This document shows, piece after piece, positions 37,978 to 52,523 of a stretch of DNA of 64,000 nucleotides. Source of the stretch: Octopus vulgaris (lineage: Eukaryota); assembly GCA_951406725.2 (NCBI GenBank), contig OX597825.1, positions 28,582,001 through 28,646,000 of the forward strand, read 5' to 3'. The notes under the pieces were generated by a model. That model saw only the letters and a program-made list of their open reading frames with translations, made no database searches and was not told where the DNA came from. A program made the position numbers and the translations under genes. The first letter of the stretch is position 1. Every line of letters begins with the position of its first letter.

Positions 37978-38746
37978 TATTACCTATGCACTGGTCAAGT
38001 AGAAAAACGATGAGTGATAAAGAAAGATAGTAGAAAAGGTTAAGGAAGAGCAAGTAGGAAGAAAGAGAGAGTTCGGAGAAATAAGGGAATAAAGATAGAG
38101 AGTAGGTAGTTGATAAAGTCATGAACCGAATACTCATCCTGGGTTAGGAAACGTTCAAGGAAACCAGTTGGGTTTGTCTCAAACGACGTCAGATTTTCTC
38201 GTGATATATTCATCCTGGTGCGGTTTTGATCAAATATCAGATGACCGAGCGGTAGCCTTCGTCATGCCAAGTTCACTGTGCGGAACATTCTTAGCACTCT
38301 CGTGGGATATGCTGATAGCATTGGCTATTTCTTGAGACAGTATTCACCCGGTGTGGGTTGAGCTGGTTTCATTCATCCTCAATGCTGCATCTCTCACAAA
38401 CGCCGACCAGGCCTGGCGATTTGAGGCTAACGACCGCGTGATCCCCAATCACTCCTTATTCCATCGGCGAACGCCGTACACATGGGGGCCTAGGCTGAGT
38501 TCCAGATCAGCCTTGACTGTCATCAGCCAGGTTTTTCGTTGTCCACCACATCCCTTTCGCCAACCCTGAAGGGGAGCTGGGGCAATTGCTTTGTAGATGA
38601 ATTATCCTGGTTGACGACGGAGGGCATGACCCAGCCAACGCAGACGTCTCGTTAGGATGACTTGTCGGAGGGAGGTGATTTTGCACTGGTGTCGCACCGA
38701 ATTGTTGGAGACAAAGTGATGCCATAGTGTTCACCACATAGTGATG

Positions 38747-39047
38747 TTTGTTCCTTCACGAGCCATGCCCGGCTCATTAGGGCTGGTTTCTGAGTTTCTT
38801 TGGCGTATAGGTTCCCCACCTGGACGGGATGCCAGTCCATCGCAGGTGAGCTGCAAGATGCAGGAGGAAAGAGTAAGATAAAGTTGTGGCGAAAAAGTCA
38901 GCAGAAGTTCGCCATTACCTTCTGCCGGAGCCGCGTGAAGCTTAGGTGTTTCGCTCATAAACACACACATCGCCCGGTCTGAGATTCGAACCCGCGATTC
39001 CTCGACCGCGAGTCCGCTTCTCTAACCACTAGGCCATGTGCCTCCAT
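38747..39047 (-). mobile_element. tRNA-derived SINE with V-domain-like core and 12-bp TSD
   Basis: Head tggcctagtggttag...ggttcgaatctc; core ctggcatcccgtccagg; TSD cacatagtgatg at 38735-38746 and 39048-39059. Confidence 0.88.
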
Positions 39048-39494
39048 CACATAGTGATGAATCGCAAACAAGTGATTACATAGTGATGAATTGTCATTTA
39101 TCACTAAGTGGTCAACATAATCACTTTTTCTCGGTGGTGGCAGTCGCTGGACGTCCAGACTTTTAGGTCATCTTCAAGACCCTCCCTTCCCCTCAAAAAT
39201 TCAGCTGCCCCCTTTTCATTGTTGACAAAGCTGGAGAGTCATCCCCTAATGTAGCAGCCATGTTAGCATGAATATGATTGGGGGGGCTAAACACTTTTTT
39301 TTTCAGGAACTTGATAACACCACAATGCCTATTTTTTCGTCTTATGACAAACGCACACAAATAGAAGTATCTTAGTCATATAACATTTGTGATTAAATCA
39401 AACTCATTCCTCCGTCCCTCCCCCTCTCCCACCCCCTCTCTCACTCTACACACACACACGTCTTTCTCGCTCCATCCCCTCTGTTTCTCAGCCT

Positions 39495-39797
39495 ATCTTT
39501 GTTCCTTCTCGAGCCATGTCTGGTTCATAAAGGCCGGTTTCCCGGTTTCCTTGGCGTATAGGGCCCCCACCTGGACGGAACGCCGGTTCGTCGCTGATGA
39601 GCTGCGAAATGCAGGAGGAAAGAGTGAGAGAAAGTTGTGATGAAAGAGTCAGCAGAAATTCGCCATTACCTTCTGCCGGAGCCGCGTGGAGCTTAGGTGT
39701 TTCGCTCATAAACACACACATCGCCCGGTCTGAGATTCGAACCCGCGATCCCTCGACCGCATGTTCGCTGCTTTAACTACTAGGCCGTGTGCCACCA
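39495..39797 (-). mobile_element. Second copy of the same SINE family
   Basis: Colinear with 38747-39047. Confidence 0.85.
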
Positions 39798-40067
39798 CTT
39801 TGTCTGTCTCTCTCCACACACTCGTCTTTCATATCACGCTATTTCTTGCTCTGCTGGGGGTTTGCATTGAACGTTAGGGCTTTGTGTTAGCACTTGAGAT
39901 TACAATTTCGACTTAGAGTAAGGGTTACGTTTGAGCAGAAACTGAAAAGCGATTTAAAAGATATGATTTTGTGTTCAATTTTTTTTACAGAATTAAACTT
40001 GCATATGTCTGGAAGTAGGATATGAAACAAAAATATATTCTTAGAAGAAAAATAAAAAGATTCTACA

Positions 40068-40228
40068 CAGGAGTGGCTGTGTGGTAAGTAGCTTGCTAAC
40101 CAACCACATGGTTGCGGGTTCAGTCCCACTGCGTGGCATCTTGGGCAAGTGTCTTCTGCTATAGCCCCGGGCCAACCAATGCCTTGTGAGTGGATTTGGT
40201 AGACGGAAACTGAAAGAAGCCTGTCGTA

Positions 40229-40283
<55 letters not shown>

Positions 40284-40493
40284 TTATGTGTCTGTGTTTG
40301 TCCCCCTAGCATTGCTTGACAACCGATGCTGGTGTGTTTACGTCCCCGTCACTTAGCGGTTCGGCAAAAGAGACGATAGAATAAGTACTGGGCTTACAAA
40401 GAATAAGTCCCGGGGTCGATTTGATCGACTAAAGGCGGTGCTCCAGCATGGCCGCAGTCAAATGACTGAAACAAGTAAAAGAGTAAAAGAGTA
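40068..40493 (+). mobile_element. Octopus-type tRNA SINE with internal (TA)n(TG)n, full length
   Basis: ggagtggctgtgtggtaagtag..ggttcagtccc head and (gagtaaaa)n tail. Further copies at 42751-43186, 46310-46670, 51257-51663, 57995-58250, 60105-60670 (all minus) and split at 20871/23221. Confidence 0.9.
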
Positions 40494-41329
40494 CAGAAAT
40501 ATCGCTGTGTTATTTATTTATTTTTTCCTAAAGATTTACTATAAGTTAGATAAAAAGCTTTGCGACGTTACTGTTAATTCTCTGAGTCCTTAACTCGGGC
40601 AATGCCCAGAATTTGTGAGTGTGTGTGTGTGTGTGTATGTCTGTGTGTGTGTGTACTGCGTGTAGGTGTGCGTTTCCTTTTCATATTTGTTCGAATTCTT
40701 CCTACAAACAAGACGCTAATATTTAAAACGAAGCAAGACTCCCGAGAATGATTAAGGATGTATGTGTGTGTGTGTATAGATATATAAATATGTATGTATG
40801 ATGTATATATACATGTGTGTGTGTATATGTATTTATATCTTTCTATCTTTATATATATATATATATATATATGGTATAGCACACATGCATACGTATATGT
40901 AGAGCGTGTGCATGAATGTATGAGAGAGTATCAGAGAGTATCAGAGAGAGAGAGAGAGATTAAAGATGAACGCTAAAGGGAAGAAAATGACAAAATGAAA
41001 ATTAGTTAAACAAGGTAATAAAACGTTGTAGAGAAAAGGCGGGAGGTAGGCGGAGACGTATGCAAAAGATAAGAGAGAAATAAGTTGGAACAATAATCAG
41101 ATGGAGATTTGAAAAGATACATATGGAACCGCGCGAGTGTGCGGCAAAGAGACAGAGAGAGGTGGAAGATGAAAGAGAAAGAGAGGGAGAGAGAGAGAGA
41201 GAGAATAGAGACAATACTTTAGGGAAACGAGGAAGAAAAAAACTATAAATATGAGTAAAGACTTATATATTTAGAGATGATAGTAGAAGGGTAAGTCGAT
41301 CAAGAATAATAGGGTGGTTCACGAATAAA

Positions 41330-41378
41330 CATATATATATAAGTACATACATATATATATATATATATACATATAAAT

Positions 41379-41416
<38 letters not shown>

Positions 41417-41506
41417 TTAAAAATCCTTAAATCCTTAAAAATATATATATACATATAAATATATATATATATATATATATAATATATATATATATATATG
41501 TATATA

Positions 41507-41563
<57 letters not shown>

Positions 41564-41594
41564 GTATATATATATATACATATAAATACATATG

Positions 41595-41627
<33 letters not shown>

Positions 41628-41661
41628 ATATATATATACATATATATATACATATATATAC

Positions 41662-41696
<35 letters not shown>

Positions 41697-41707
41697 CATA
41701 TATATAC

Positions 41708-41744
<37 letters not shown>

Positions 41745-41831
41745 CATATATATATACATACATATACATACATATACATATATATATACATACATATATA
41801 TATATATACATACATATATATATATATATAC

Positions 41832-41862
<31 letters not shown>

Positions 41863-42018
41863 CATACATATATATATATATACATATATATATGTATATA
41901 TATATATATACATATATATATATACACACACACAAATATATATACATATATATATATATATATACATATATATATACACACACACACAAATATATATACA
42001 TATATATATATACATATA

Positions 42019-42051
<33 letters not shown>

Positions 42052-42125
42052 CATACACACATATATATGCATATATATGTGTGTATGTGCATATACACAC
42101 ACGCGCGCACACACACACACACGCG

Positions 42126-42198
<73 letters not shown>
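41330..42198. repeat. Large compound (TA)n/(TACA)n/(CA)n microsatellite
   Basis: Directly visible. Confidence 0.97.
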
Positions 42199-42204
<6 letters not shown>

Positions 42205-42750
42205 GCTCTCGTGGGTGGAACAGTGTGTTTAATCAATAGGATCCTTTTAGTACATCCAAGCATAATTTTTCATATTTATGGCTCTTCACGATTTTTCAGA
42301 AATATTTTTCTGGGATTTTATCGTAGAATTACGTTTCTGGGTAGGTAAATGGTTACGGTTCCCAACATTGCACTGGAAGAGTTGTCAATAGAAACAACTA
42401 CCTTTGATGTTATCCGTTCTCATATTCGTTTCTATGTATCTCCTGACAATAAGGACTTCTCCCTTGTTTTGACTCTCTCTCTCTCTCTTTCTCTTTATGT
42501 ATTTTTCTTCATTTCTCACACCCACCATTACACTCGTTATCAAATCCTTCATCTCACATACATATATTTGATTTATTTATATATGTTTATTCATTTATTT
42601 ATTTATCGATCTGTTCCAGAATGCGTACAGATAAACAAGTTAGTTATACATTCACACATGCCTACAGAAAGAACGGTTGGACAAAAAAAAAAGAACTTGC
42701 GAACATACAATAGCACGTAGATACGCACACAGGCAGACATGTATACATTA

Positions 42751-43186
42751 CTCTCTCTTTTTTACTCTTTTACTTGTTTCAGTCATTTGACTGTGGCCAT
42801 GCTGGAGCACCGCCTTTAGTTGATCAAATCGACCCCAGGACTTATTCTTTGTAAGCCTAGTACTTATTCTATCGGTCACTTTTACCGAACCGCTAAGTTA
42901 CGGAGACCGATGTTACGGGGCCGTTAACACACCAGCATCGGTTGTGAAGCGATGTTGGTCGGACAAACACAGACACACAAACATACACACACATATACAT
43001 ACACATATATATACATATATATACGACGGGCTTCTTTTAGTTTCCGTCTACCAAATCCACTCACAAGGCTTTGGTCGGCCCGAGGCCATAGTAGAAGACA
43101 CTTGCCCAAGGTGCCACGCAGTGGGACTGAAGCCGGAACCATGTAGTTGGTAGGCAAGCTACTTACCACACAGCCACTCCTGCGCC
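42751..43186 (-). mobile_element. Full-length copy of the 40068 SINE family
   Basis: Reverse-complement colinear with 40068-40493. Confidence 0.88.
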
Positions 43187-43479
43187 TGTAAATACATACA
43201 TATAAAAACGTGTATGTACGTGTATGTCATTGTGTTTTGCAGCATTTCACAACAATAATTTCACAATTTGGCACAAGGCCGAGGCCAGGAGATTCAGGGA
43301 AGGCGGTAAGTACATTGACCCCAGTGTTCAACTGGTACTTGATTTATTGACCCCGAAAGGATGAAAGGCAAAGTTGACCGCGGCGGAGTTTGAACTCAGA
43401 ATGTAAAGTCTGACGAAATGCCGCTAAGCATTTTGCCCGGCGTGCAAACGATTCTGCCAGCTCGCCGACTTAATAAAAA

Positions 43480-46010
43480 TAACCTGCATCCGGCTGTGGA
43501 GTCACCACTTGGGATAAATGAGGCTATCCTTATCCACAACTACCTTCATGTTACTGCTGAGAAGTGCTGTACCTCTAAATCCATCCCGAGACCTTGAAAT
43601 ACTAGGTTAGCCTCTGGCGAGGTTAAGTGTGTCTCATGGGCAACCTTTATTCAAGATGATGTCTCAATCAAAACACCGGTGGTTGGGTCACCTCATTGCC
43701 TCACATTATGAGTGAGAATGTCAAATACAAGTCTGTTGAATGATGGCGTGAATGTGACTGGAACTGATAATGGTGAAGATTTCCCACCCGGTTGGTGGCT
43801 GACTGTACTGCAGGGTAGGCCCAGTCGTCAGCTATGAAAGAAAGGAGGAAAGATCAATTGAAGCAGACTGATGGAATGTTACATCCGAAATGAACTAAGC
43901 AGATTTGGTTATGTGAACAGAATGAGAGAGATAATGGTTTCAAAAAGGAATGTTTGATGTCACCTTGGAGAGACTAAGCGACAAAATAAGACAGGTAAAA
44001 AAAACCCCAGAAAGGCTGCTTAACAGAAGTACAAATTGAAGAAATCAAAAGCAGAGTCTACAAAGGGGAAAATAGCAACTTAAAATTATCTTTTTCTATG
44101 TTTTCGCAATGACACTGAAAGCAGAGACACGGAGGTTTAGATATCACATATCACAAAACCCTTAACTGTGCACGAGGAACCTGAACATAACTTTTCCGAT
44201 GAAGAGCTGGTCATTGCTGATAGACTACATGATATTACTCAGTCAGATGAATGAGAAACGTTACCATCAATAGAAATAATGAAGAAGAATAAAACAATGA
44301 AAGAGATACAAATAATTACGCAAGTGTTTAACAAGATCAGAAGTAATGATATCACCATATGCTGCAGCAGTGGTAGTAACGGAAAGATTTGGAGTGAAGA
44401 TATTACAACTTCAAAGGAAAGAGAACCCTGGTGGAAAATGCGATTACAGAGACATAGAGATTATTTGCGAAAAGATCTTACCACGGAGTTACCATAAAAG
44501 CTAGATTCCATGAAGTAATCCTAAGAATGTACTGGCTGAAACAAAAAGGATAAAAGAGAGTAATGGAAGAATTAAAACAAAGGATGAAAGTAAAAGCTTC
44601 CAAGATCAAGAGATACAAGAATAGAACTGAACAGTTTAGACAAAATTAGTTATCCGAAATAGATCAAAGTTGATTTTACAAAGAAATAAATGGAGATGTT
44701 ACAAGGAATTCTGGAGAAACATTTGGGGTCACGAAGTGAAATATAATGAGAACGTAGAAAGTTATAAAAAGACAAAGGCGAATAAACGCACATTTGCCAA
44801 AACATATAAAGAGATCAGAGGCGAACAGTTAAAAATGTGAAAAGGATGCCAAACTGGAAATCTTCTCGACCAGATTTGCTCCAGGGATTTTGGCTGAAAC
44901 GTTTACCGTTTCACTATGCTTCATGATAGAATGAGAGGACAACTAAATGATTGTATTGCGACAAGAGATACTCCTGAATGGGTGATGAAAAGTAGGACGG
45001 TTCTGATATTGAAAGATCAAATGAAAGGAAATACAGTAACTAACTACCGACCAATAACTTACCTTCCAATGATATGGAAGTTGCTGACAGTTGTTATTGC
45101 AAAGGACATATATCGATATTTTGAGAAGGGAGATCTGCTATCAGAGGAAATAAAAGATGCAGAAAAAAACTCGAACGGGACAGACGACTTACTATATATA
45201 GATCAGAAAGTTCCCCGAGAGGTCAAATGCAGGAAGAAATATCTAGCAACGGCATGGCCCGATTACCTGAAGGCATATGATAATGTGCTTGGGATAGCTG
45301 AGAATGTTATCCAGCCGCTACAAAATGGTATGCCAAAATGGAGAACTATACTATCATGCCGAAAGAAGCCCGTGAAGTCAATATAAGTAGGAGAATATTT
45401 AAAGGTGATACACACTCACTAGTGCTATTCGTGGTTGCCCTTATCCCTCTTACATTGACGCTGAAAGAGGTTAAACTAAGCTACGAGTTTAGCAGTGGTG
45501 AGAAAATAAACCACCTCCTGTTTGTGGACGACCTGGAATTATTTGCCAAAAGTGAGAAAGCTTTCGATTCACTGATACTCACTGTTAGATTTGTGGGTAA
45601 TGACATTGGCATGTAGTTTGGAATAGTTATATGTGTTATGCTAGAGATAGAGAGAGGGAGAGTATCCAAGCCAGAAGGGATTAAACTCCCAAATAAGACA
45701 TCGATCCGAGCAATAAATGAGGGTGATCGATACAAGTACCTAGGTGTTTTGGAGGGAGATAGAACCCTGTGTCAAGAAACGATAGGAAAGGTACGAAACG
45801 AATATCCCAGGAGAGTAAAAAGAGTGCTAATCTCAAAACTGAATGGCGGAAAAGCATTTCTGCAGTAAATATATGGCCAATTTCTCTAATAAGATATTCT
45901 GTTGCTTTTCTGGACTGCACCAAAGAGGAACTAAGCGACATAAGTTGTAAAACCATGCACCGGTCACTATGTTCCAGAGACAATGTCAATAGATTATATC
46001 TACATTCTTG
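43480..46010 (+). mobile_element. Degenerate R4/Dong-clade LINE
   Basis: NYRPITYLPMIWKLLT, DYLKAYD, IFKGDT..LFVVALIPL, INHLLFVDDL, YKYLGVLE, KLNGG; next to taa repeats. Left boundary approximate. Confidence 0.82.
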
Positions 46011-46036
46011 AACACCATAAATAATAATAAACATAA

Positions 46037-46067
<31 letters not shown>

Positions 46068-46995
46068 TGTATGTATGTATGTATGTATGTATGTATGTAT
46101 GTGAGTATGTATGTATGTATGTACACACACACACACAGACGCACACACACATACATACATTGCAGCCAAGAAAGTAAATTTCGAACGCAGTAAAACTGTT
46201 CCAGCAGCTTTAAAACTTTCGAAATTTACTTTCTGTCGGCAAAATACCAACCACATTCAACGCTTCGAAAGTTTGCTTGTATATTTCTTGATTTTTTTCT
46301 TTTATTTCTTTTACTGCGTTTCAGTCATTTGACTGCGGCCATGCTGGACCACCGCCTTTAGTCGAACAAATCGACCCCAGGACTTATTCTTTGTATTTGC
46401 CGAACCGCTAAGTTACGAGGGCGTAAACACGCCAACATTGGTTCTCACGCGATGGAGGGCGGACATAGACACACAAATACATACATACATGCCCACACAC
46501 ACACACGCACACATATATATATATATATCCGACGGGCTTCTTTCAGTTTCCGTCTACCAAATCCACTCACAAGGCTTTGGTCCACCCGAGGCTATAGTAG
46601 AAGACACTTGCCCAAAGTGCCACACAGTGCGACTGAACCCGGAACCATATGGTTGGGAAGGAACCTTCCTACTGCATACATCCATATATATATATATACA
46701 TGTCGCTTGTTTTGTTTATTTCTTTGCAATATGTCTACACGCAAGTTAAGAACTCCGGACCCGATATCTCCGCTGTATTTTGTTTTCGTTCTTCAACGCT
46801 TTATATTCCGTTACCATACAAGGTTGATATCGCTCAGCTTTCAATTCTCTCCATGGTCAGTTGTGTTTAGCCAAATCCAAGTATGTCTAGAAAAAACTTT
46901 CCTCGATATATTTTTGCAGCGTTTTACTTCCAGAACAAGAAAATCTACAGTTAAATGTGATACAACTGTTTATACCATCTTTGTATATGATACCT

Positions 46996-47409
46996 ATTCT
47001 TTTGTACCCACAAGGGGCTAAACACAGAGAGGACAAACAAGGACAGACAAACGGATTAAGTCGATTATATCGACCCCAGTGCGTAACTGGTACTTATTTG
47101 ATCGATCCCGAAAGGATGAAAGGCAAAATCGACCTCGGCGGAATTTGAACTCACAACGTAACGGTAGACAAAATACCTATTTCTTTACTACCCACAAGGG
47201 GCTAAACATAGAGAGGACAAACATGGACAGACAAACGGATTAAGTCGATTACATCGACCCCAGTGCGTAACTGGTACTTATTTAATCGACCCCGAAAGGA
47301 TGAAAGGCAATGTCGACCTCGGCGGAATTTGAACTCGCAACGTAACGGTAGACAAAATACCGCTAAGCATTTCGCCCGGCGTGCTAATGCTTCTGCCAGC
47401 TCGCCGCCT
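46996..47409 (-). mobile_element. Dimeric tRNA SINE (Meta-domain-like core) with 16-bp TSD
   Basis: Two ~184-bp units and one head; TSD tttgtatatgatacct at 46980-46995 and 47410-47425. Confidence 0.88.
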
Positions 47410-49841
47410 TTTGTATATGATACCTTTAAGAGGTGTTAGAGGGTTATGAGAGTGAATTGGCTTCTAATACGAGTAAGTTGAGGGACAACATAAACAAAAA
47501 TAGAAAACCTTCCCTGGTGGCTTTGATTTTTGAGATTGTAAATCCTGCTGGGATTCTATATTAAATTTTCTTCGTTGTTCAGTTTTCTTAATAGGTTTTA
47601 AGGGTTATTGAAATATATGCCTACCATGCCCCGGAGTCATTAAAATTGACGTTGTTGTTGTTGTTGTTATTGTTGTTCTTTAACCACAAGTCAAACCTTT
47701 ATTGATCTGATCAATGGACAACAGTGTTACAGCCTTGATGAATTTGTTTTCTTTCTTGAAATGTGAGAGAAATATGTCAGCTTTCTGTTTCTTATCAAGA
47801 AATCACGGAAAAAGTGTTCTTATTATCCCATGAAGAATGACCAATATTAATTGTCTTAAACGTATGCCGCAGCGAAAACCTAGTTCCCTTGCATAAACAC
47901 CACAGTTTGCTATTATTCCTAGTCTATAGTAATGGTACACGTTTCTTGTCAATGATAATGAGCTGACAAAACTGTTTACTCAGAACTGATGTAAGCAAAT
48001 TTGAATACTTCTTGCACATATGAAGTGATTTTTCTTGAGTGTCACTAGGTCAGAAACAATACAAGACCAGTACATCTGAGAAACACAGCCGGATGCAGGA
48101 GTTGATAACAAATGCGTCAATGCAAGAACTAAATTATAAGCTGTAATGGGACCCTGCTTCTTGGAGACAAGGTATTGTTTTCCATCGTGTCAGATCGAAC
48201 ATCGGCCCGGCACGCACTAGAGTGTGACTCTCATGTGCCATTTCCGGTTTAATCATCGTGGCTTCCAGTGGGGAACAGTTTGTAGTGGTTGACATGATTT
48301 TTCAGTAGAAGTCCCTTATTTTCTTTGGACCCTATACACTCCGTCCTATAAGTGTTACATTATTCACATATTTTCAATAGTGGAAATCCCTCGTTATTGA
48401 TAAAGGAATCTCTCAGCTTGTTGGGGAAGCGACCAGTGTTGGTGATAATGAATAAGTTATTGAACAGACCAACAATCACACGTATAGAACTAGAAAAAAA
48501 TTAGATCCAATGCCAAGACATCTTGATTTAGTTTGATCAGAGTGGATCGGACAGGATTAGCAACTTCTGGTCTAGGGATAAACACTCATAGAATATTTGA
48601 TCCTTATTCTGAATATTCTATGTGAACTGTGGCACTGTTGAATATAGTGTTTTTCTTTTTCAAAGAAATGCAAGAAGCTTGAAGCGAAATTGAACTTCTG
48701 ACCTCCCGAGCTTAATATATGCAATTCAACGCACATCTTATTGGAGAAGAGGCCATATTGCCTCTACTGTTAAGTCAATAGAAACACATATGAAAACATA
48801 ACAAAACCAGAAAAAAAGGAGAAAAAGAACAACAAAAGAATCTCACCAACAAGTATAACAAAATCAGTAATAAAACAGAATAGGAAGAGCAACAATAGCA
48901 AAAACAACTGTAACAAATCAACAATAACAAAAAAGAAATCAACAACAGTAAAAAGAACAGAATCAGAAACAACAACAACAACCAAAGCAATTTCTACAAC
49001 TATTACATTCCAACAAGATACATAACAACAAACACAAACAAGAACAAGAAGCAAACACCAAGAATCAACAATAAAAAGCAAAACAAGAACAATAACAACA
49101 ACAACAGCTACTACTACTACTACTACTACAAAATATTCACTTGGTTATAACTATACAGGAGTTCAATTTTATCTTTTCCATTAATCCGGCGGTTGGATTA
49201 TTTAGTTAAATGGTTCCGTGTTTTGGGTTGTAAATGAAAAAGAAGCTGTATTAGAAAGCTGGAGTAGATGTTGAGTTTGGTTTTATGAAACATGTTGGAA
49301 TTCTTCGCTTATAAATGGAAATATGGAATATCCTTTTGTGTTGCGTTAGCTTTGTTCTATCTGTTCTCTCTGAAGAAATACAGCTTCCATTATTGATGCT
49401 ATCCGGGGTATGGTATCGCGGCTGGATATTATTAGAAATGTTCGTATTGCAATCATATTGTCAATGTTTACTGCCATTATGAGCGAGTTGTATAGTGAGA
49501 GGGAGAGAAAAGAAGAGAGAGAAGGAGGGAGAGAGAGAAAAGAAAGAATGAAAAACGAAGGGTGATAGTGTGAGTAGTGGGGGGGGGAAGAAATTATAAA
49601 AAGTGTTAAGGGAAGAAAGGTGTTCCTGGCGAAAGTATAGAGGAAAAAAAGGACTCACGGAAATAGAGGGAAAGCGGAATGCTAGAAATAAAGAGAAACT
49701 AGGTGAGGGGAATAGAAAGGGAGGGAGGGAGAGAAAGAGAGAGAAGCAGGAAGAAGGAACTGGGTGTGATAGTGATGTCATAGAGACAAGAAAGAATATG
49801 TATATATACATATCATCTCTCTTTCTCTCTCTCTGTATGTG

Positions 49842-49874
<33 letters not shown>

Positions 49875-49909
49875 ATTGAAGCAAAAGGATAAAAGAATAT
49901 ACATAACTG

Positions 49910-49982
<73 letters not shown>

Positions 49983-49987
49983 AATAC

Positions 49988-50018
<31 letters not shown>

Positions 50019-50040
50019 CATACATACATACATACATACA

Positions 50041-50075
<35 letters not shown>

Positions 50076-50182
50076 GTATGTATGTACGTATGTATAAATC
50101 TATACACAGAAAAATAGGGACAGAGAAATGGTGATAGACACAGGAAAGAGGAATGAAGGGAACCAGAGGAAAACATAGATAG

Positions 50183-50232
<50 letters not shown>

Positions 50233-50420
50233 TAAGATATATGGAGGAAAGAGGAGAACTTCATGCAGGGAAAAGATAAAATCCAACAGGGATAGAAACG
50301 AAAAGCGAAGGGAAAACGGTCTTAGTCACCTATTCTGAGCCCATTCACATCTAGGATATTTATAGGAATATTAAACAAACCTCAGCAGTTGACTGGTACA
50401 GTATTTTAGAAACCCTTTAA

Positions 50421-51020
50421 GGGCGGTAAGCCGGCAGAATCGTTAGCACGCTGGGCGAAATACTTGGCGATATTTCGTCTGTCGTTACGTTCTGAGTTCA
50501 AATTCCGCCGAGGTCGACTTTGCCTTTCATCCTTTCGGGGTCGATTAAATAAGTACCAGTTACGCAGTGGAGTCGTGGTAATCGACTTAATCCGTTTGTC
50601 TGTCCTTGTTTGTCCTCTCTGTGTTTAGCCCCTTGTGGGTAGTAAAGAAATAGGTATTTCGTCTGTCGTTACGTTCTGAGTTCAAATTCCGCCGAGGTCG
50701 ACTTTGCCTTTCATCCTTTCGGGGTCGATAAATTAAGTACCAGTTAAGCAGTGGGTCGATATAATCGACTTCATCCGTTTGTCTGTCCTTGTTTGTCCTC
50801 TCTGTGTTTAGCCCCTTGTGGGTAGTAAAGAAATAGGTATTTCGTCTGTCGTTACGTTCTGAGTTCAAATTCCACCGAGGTCCACTTTGCCTTTCATCCT
50901 TTCAGGGTCGATAAATTAAGTACCAGTTACGCACTGGGGTCGTGGTTATCGACTTAATCCGTTTGTCTGTCCTTGTTTGTCCCCTCTATGTTTAGCCCCC
51001 TGTGGTCAATAAAGAAATAA
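50421..51020 (+). mobile_element. Trimeric SINE of the same family
   Basis: Head ggcggtaagccggcagaatcgttagc; units restart at tatttcgtctgtcg at 50471, 50655 and 50838. Confidence 0.9.
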
Positions 51021-51256
51021 ATATTTTTAGCAAATGCGGACGGACGAAAAGCAAAGTTGGTTCCATGAAACAATGAGAGGCAGGAATAAAAGAAATGAAG
51101 AAAATAAGAATGAAGGAAGGGAGGAAGGAAGGAAAGGGAGTGAGTAGGGGAAGGGGGATAAATGGGGGAAATGTCAGGGAGAGAGAAGAGGATCTAAGGA
51201 AGCAGCTGAGTAGAAGAATAGGGGATGAGAAGGATATTGGAATCTAAGGATGTATA

Positions 51257-51663
51257 CTCTCTTTTTACTCTCTTTTACTTGTTTCAGTCATTTGACTGCG
51301 GCCATGCTGGAGCACCGCCTTTTAGTCGAGCAAATCGACCCCGTGACTTATTCTTTGTAAGCCCAGTACTTATTCTATCGGTCTCTTTTGCCGGACCGCT
51401 AATTGACGGGGACGTAAACACACCAGCATCGGTTGTCAAGCAATGCTGGGGGAACAAACACAGACACACAAACACACACATATATATATATACATATATA
51501 CGACAGGCTTCTTTCAGTTTCCGTCTACCAAATCCACTCACAAGGCTTTGGTCGACCTGGGGCTATAGCAGAAGACACTTGCCCAAGATGCCACGCAGTG
51601 GGACTGAACCCGCAACCATGTGGTTGGTTAGCAAGCTACTTACCACACAGCCACTCCTGCGCC
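51257..51663 (-). mobile_element. Full-length copy of the 40068 SINE family
   Basis: Reverse-complement colinear with 40068-40493. Confidence 0.88.
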
Positions 51664-51721
51664 TATATGTATATATGTATGTATGCATGTATGTATGTAT
51701 GTATGTATGTATGTATGTATG

Positions 51722-51753
<32 letters not shown>

Positions 51754-51918
51754 TGTATGTATGTATGCATGTCTATGTATTTGTAAGTATTAATATATGT
51801 GTGTGTGTGTGTGCATATACGTATATGTATATCTAGCTATCTACTGTAAAGCACAACCATACATGCACACACATGTACATAGGTGTATATATACCATATA
51901 TTCATTATATTGTATATG

Positions 51919-51952
<34 letters not shown>

Positions 51953-52105
51953 TGTATGTATGTATGTATGTATATATGTGTGTGTGTATGTATGCATATG
52001 CATAATGTATGTATACATATGAATATGCATATATGTGTGTGTGTGTGTGTGTAAATACTTGTGGATGGGTATATGTGCGCGTGTATGCGTGCATAAGTGT
52101 GATTA

Positions 52106-52249
<144 letters not shown>

Positions 52250-52467
52250 ATATATCGGATCGGGAAAAAATGAAATAGAAAAATTGTAAGTAATGATTTG
52301 CAAGGGACAAGAGGAAAGAAAACTGAACGATGCAAAAAATAGGAAACAAGAACGAAGGAAGTGAGAAAGGACGAAATGATAGGAGTTAAGAGAGCGTGAT
52401 CCAAAGATAGAGAGATGGACGAAGGACATAAATTAACGAATAGAGCGACTCGAGAAGGGATGGGATT

Positions 52468-52523
<56 letters not shown>

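Larger units (their letters stand above)
36968..39355 (-). mobile_element. Mariner transposon broken into three pieces by nested insertions
   Basis: C-terminus (DHPPYFSDLVPSGYYLFP) at 36968-37470; middle (EIANAISISHES..SELGMTK) at ~38130-38345; N-terminus (GVIKFL..TLGDDSPALST..LEDD..SGRPATATT) at ~39095-39355; TIR-like tatgagggtcagctgaaatgttc. Confidence 0.75.

Noticed and set aside
38975-39047. tRNA-like sequences with A/B boxes
   Set aside because: They are SINE heads continuing into SINE bodies, not complete cloverleaf tRNA genes.
39588-39615. ctgatgagctgcgaaa hammerhead-like string
   Set aside because: Stem II is too short, and the sister copy at ~38845 reads caggtgagctgcaaga, so the core is not conserved.
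41263-42263. Long ORFs (up to 311 aa) of Y/I/C/V/M
   Set aside because: Translations of (TA)/(CA)/(TACA) microsatellites. The same applies to ORFs at 550-888, 11891-12692, 25364-25828, 49461-50286, 51837-52404 and 57281-57939.
50421-51020. Regular ~184-bp repeats suggesting CRISPR or a hammerhead retrozyme
   Set aside because: No unique spacers and no cas genes; no CTGANGA/GAAA core seen on either strand. These are SINE multimers.
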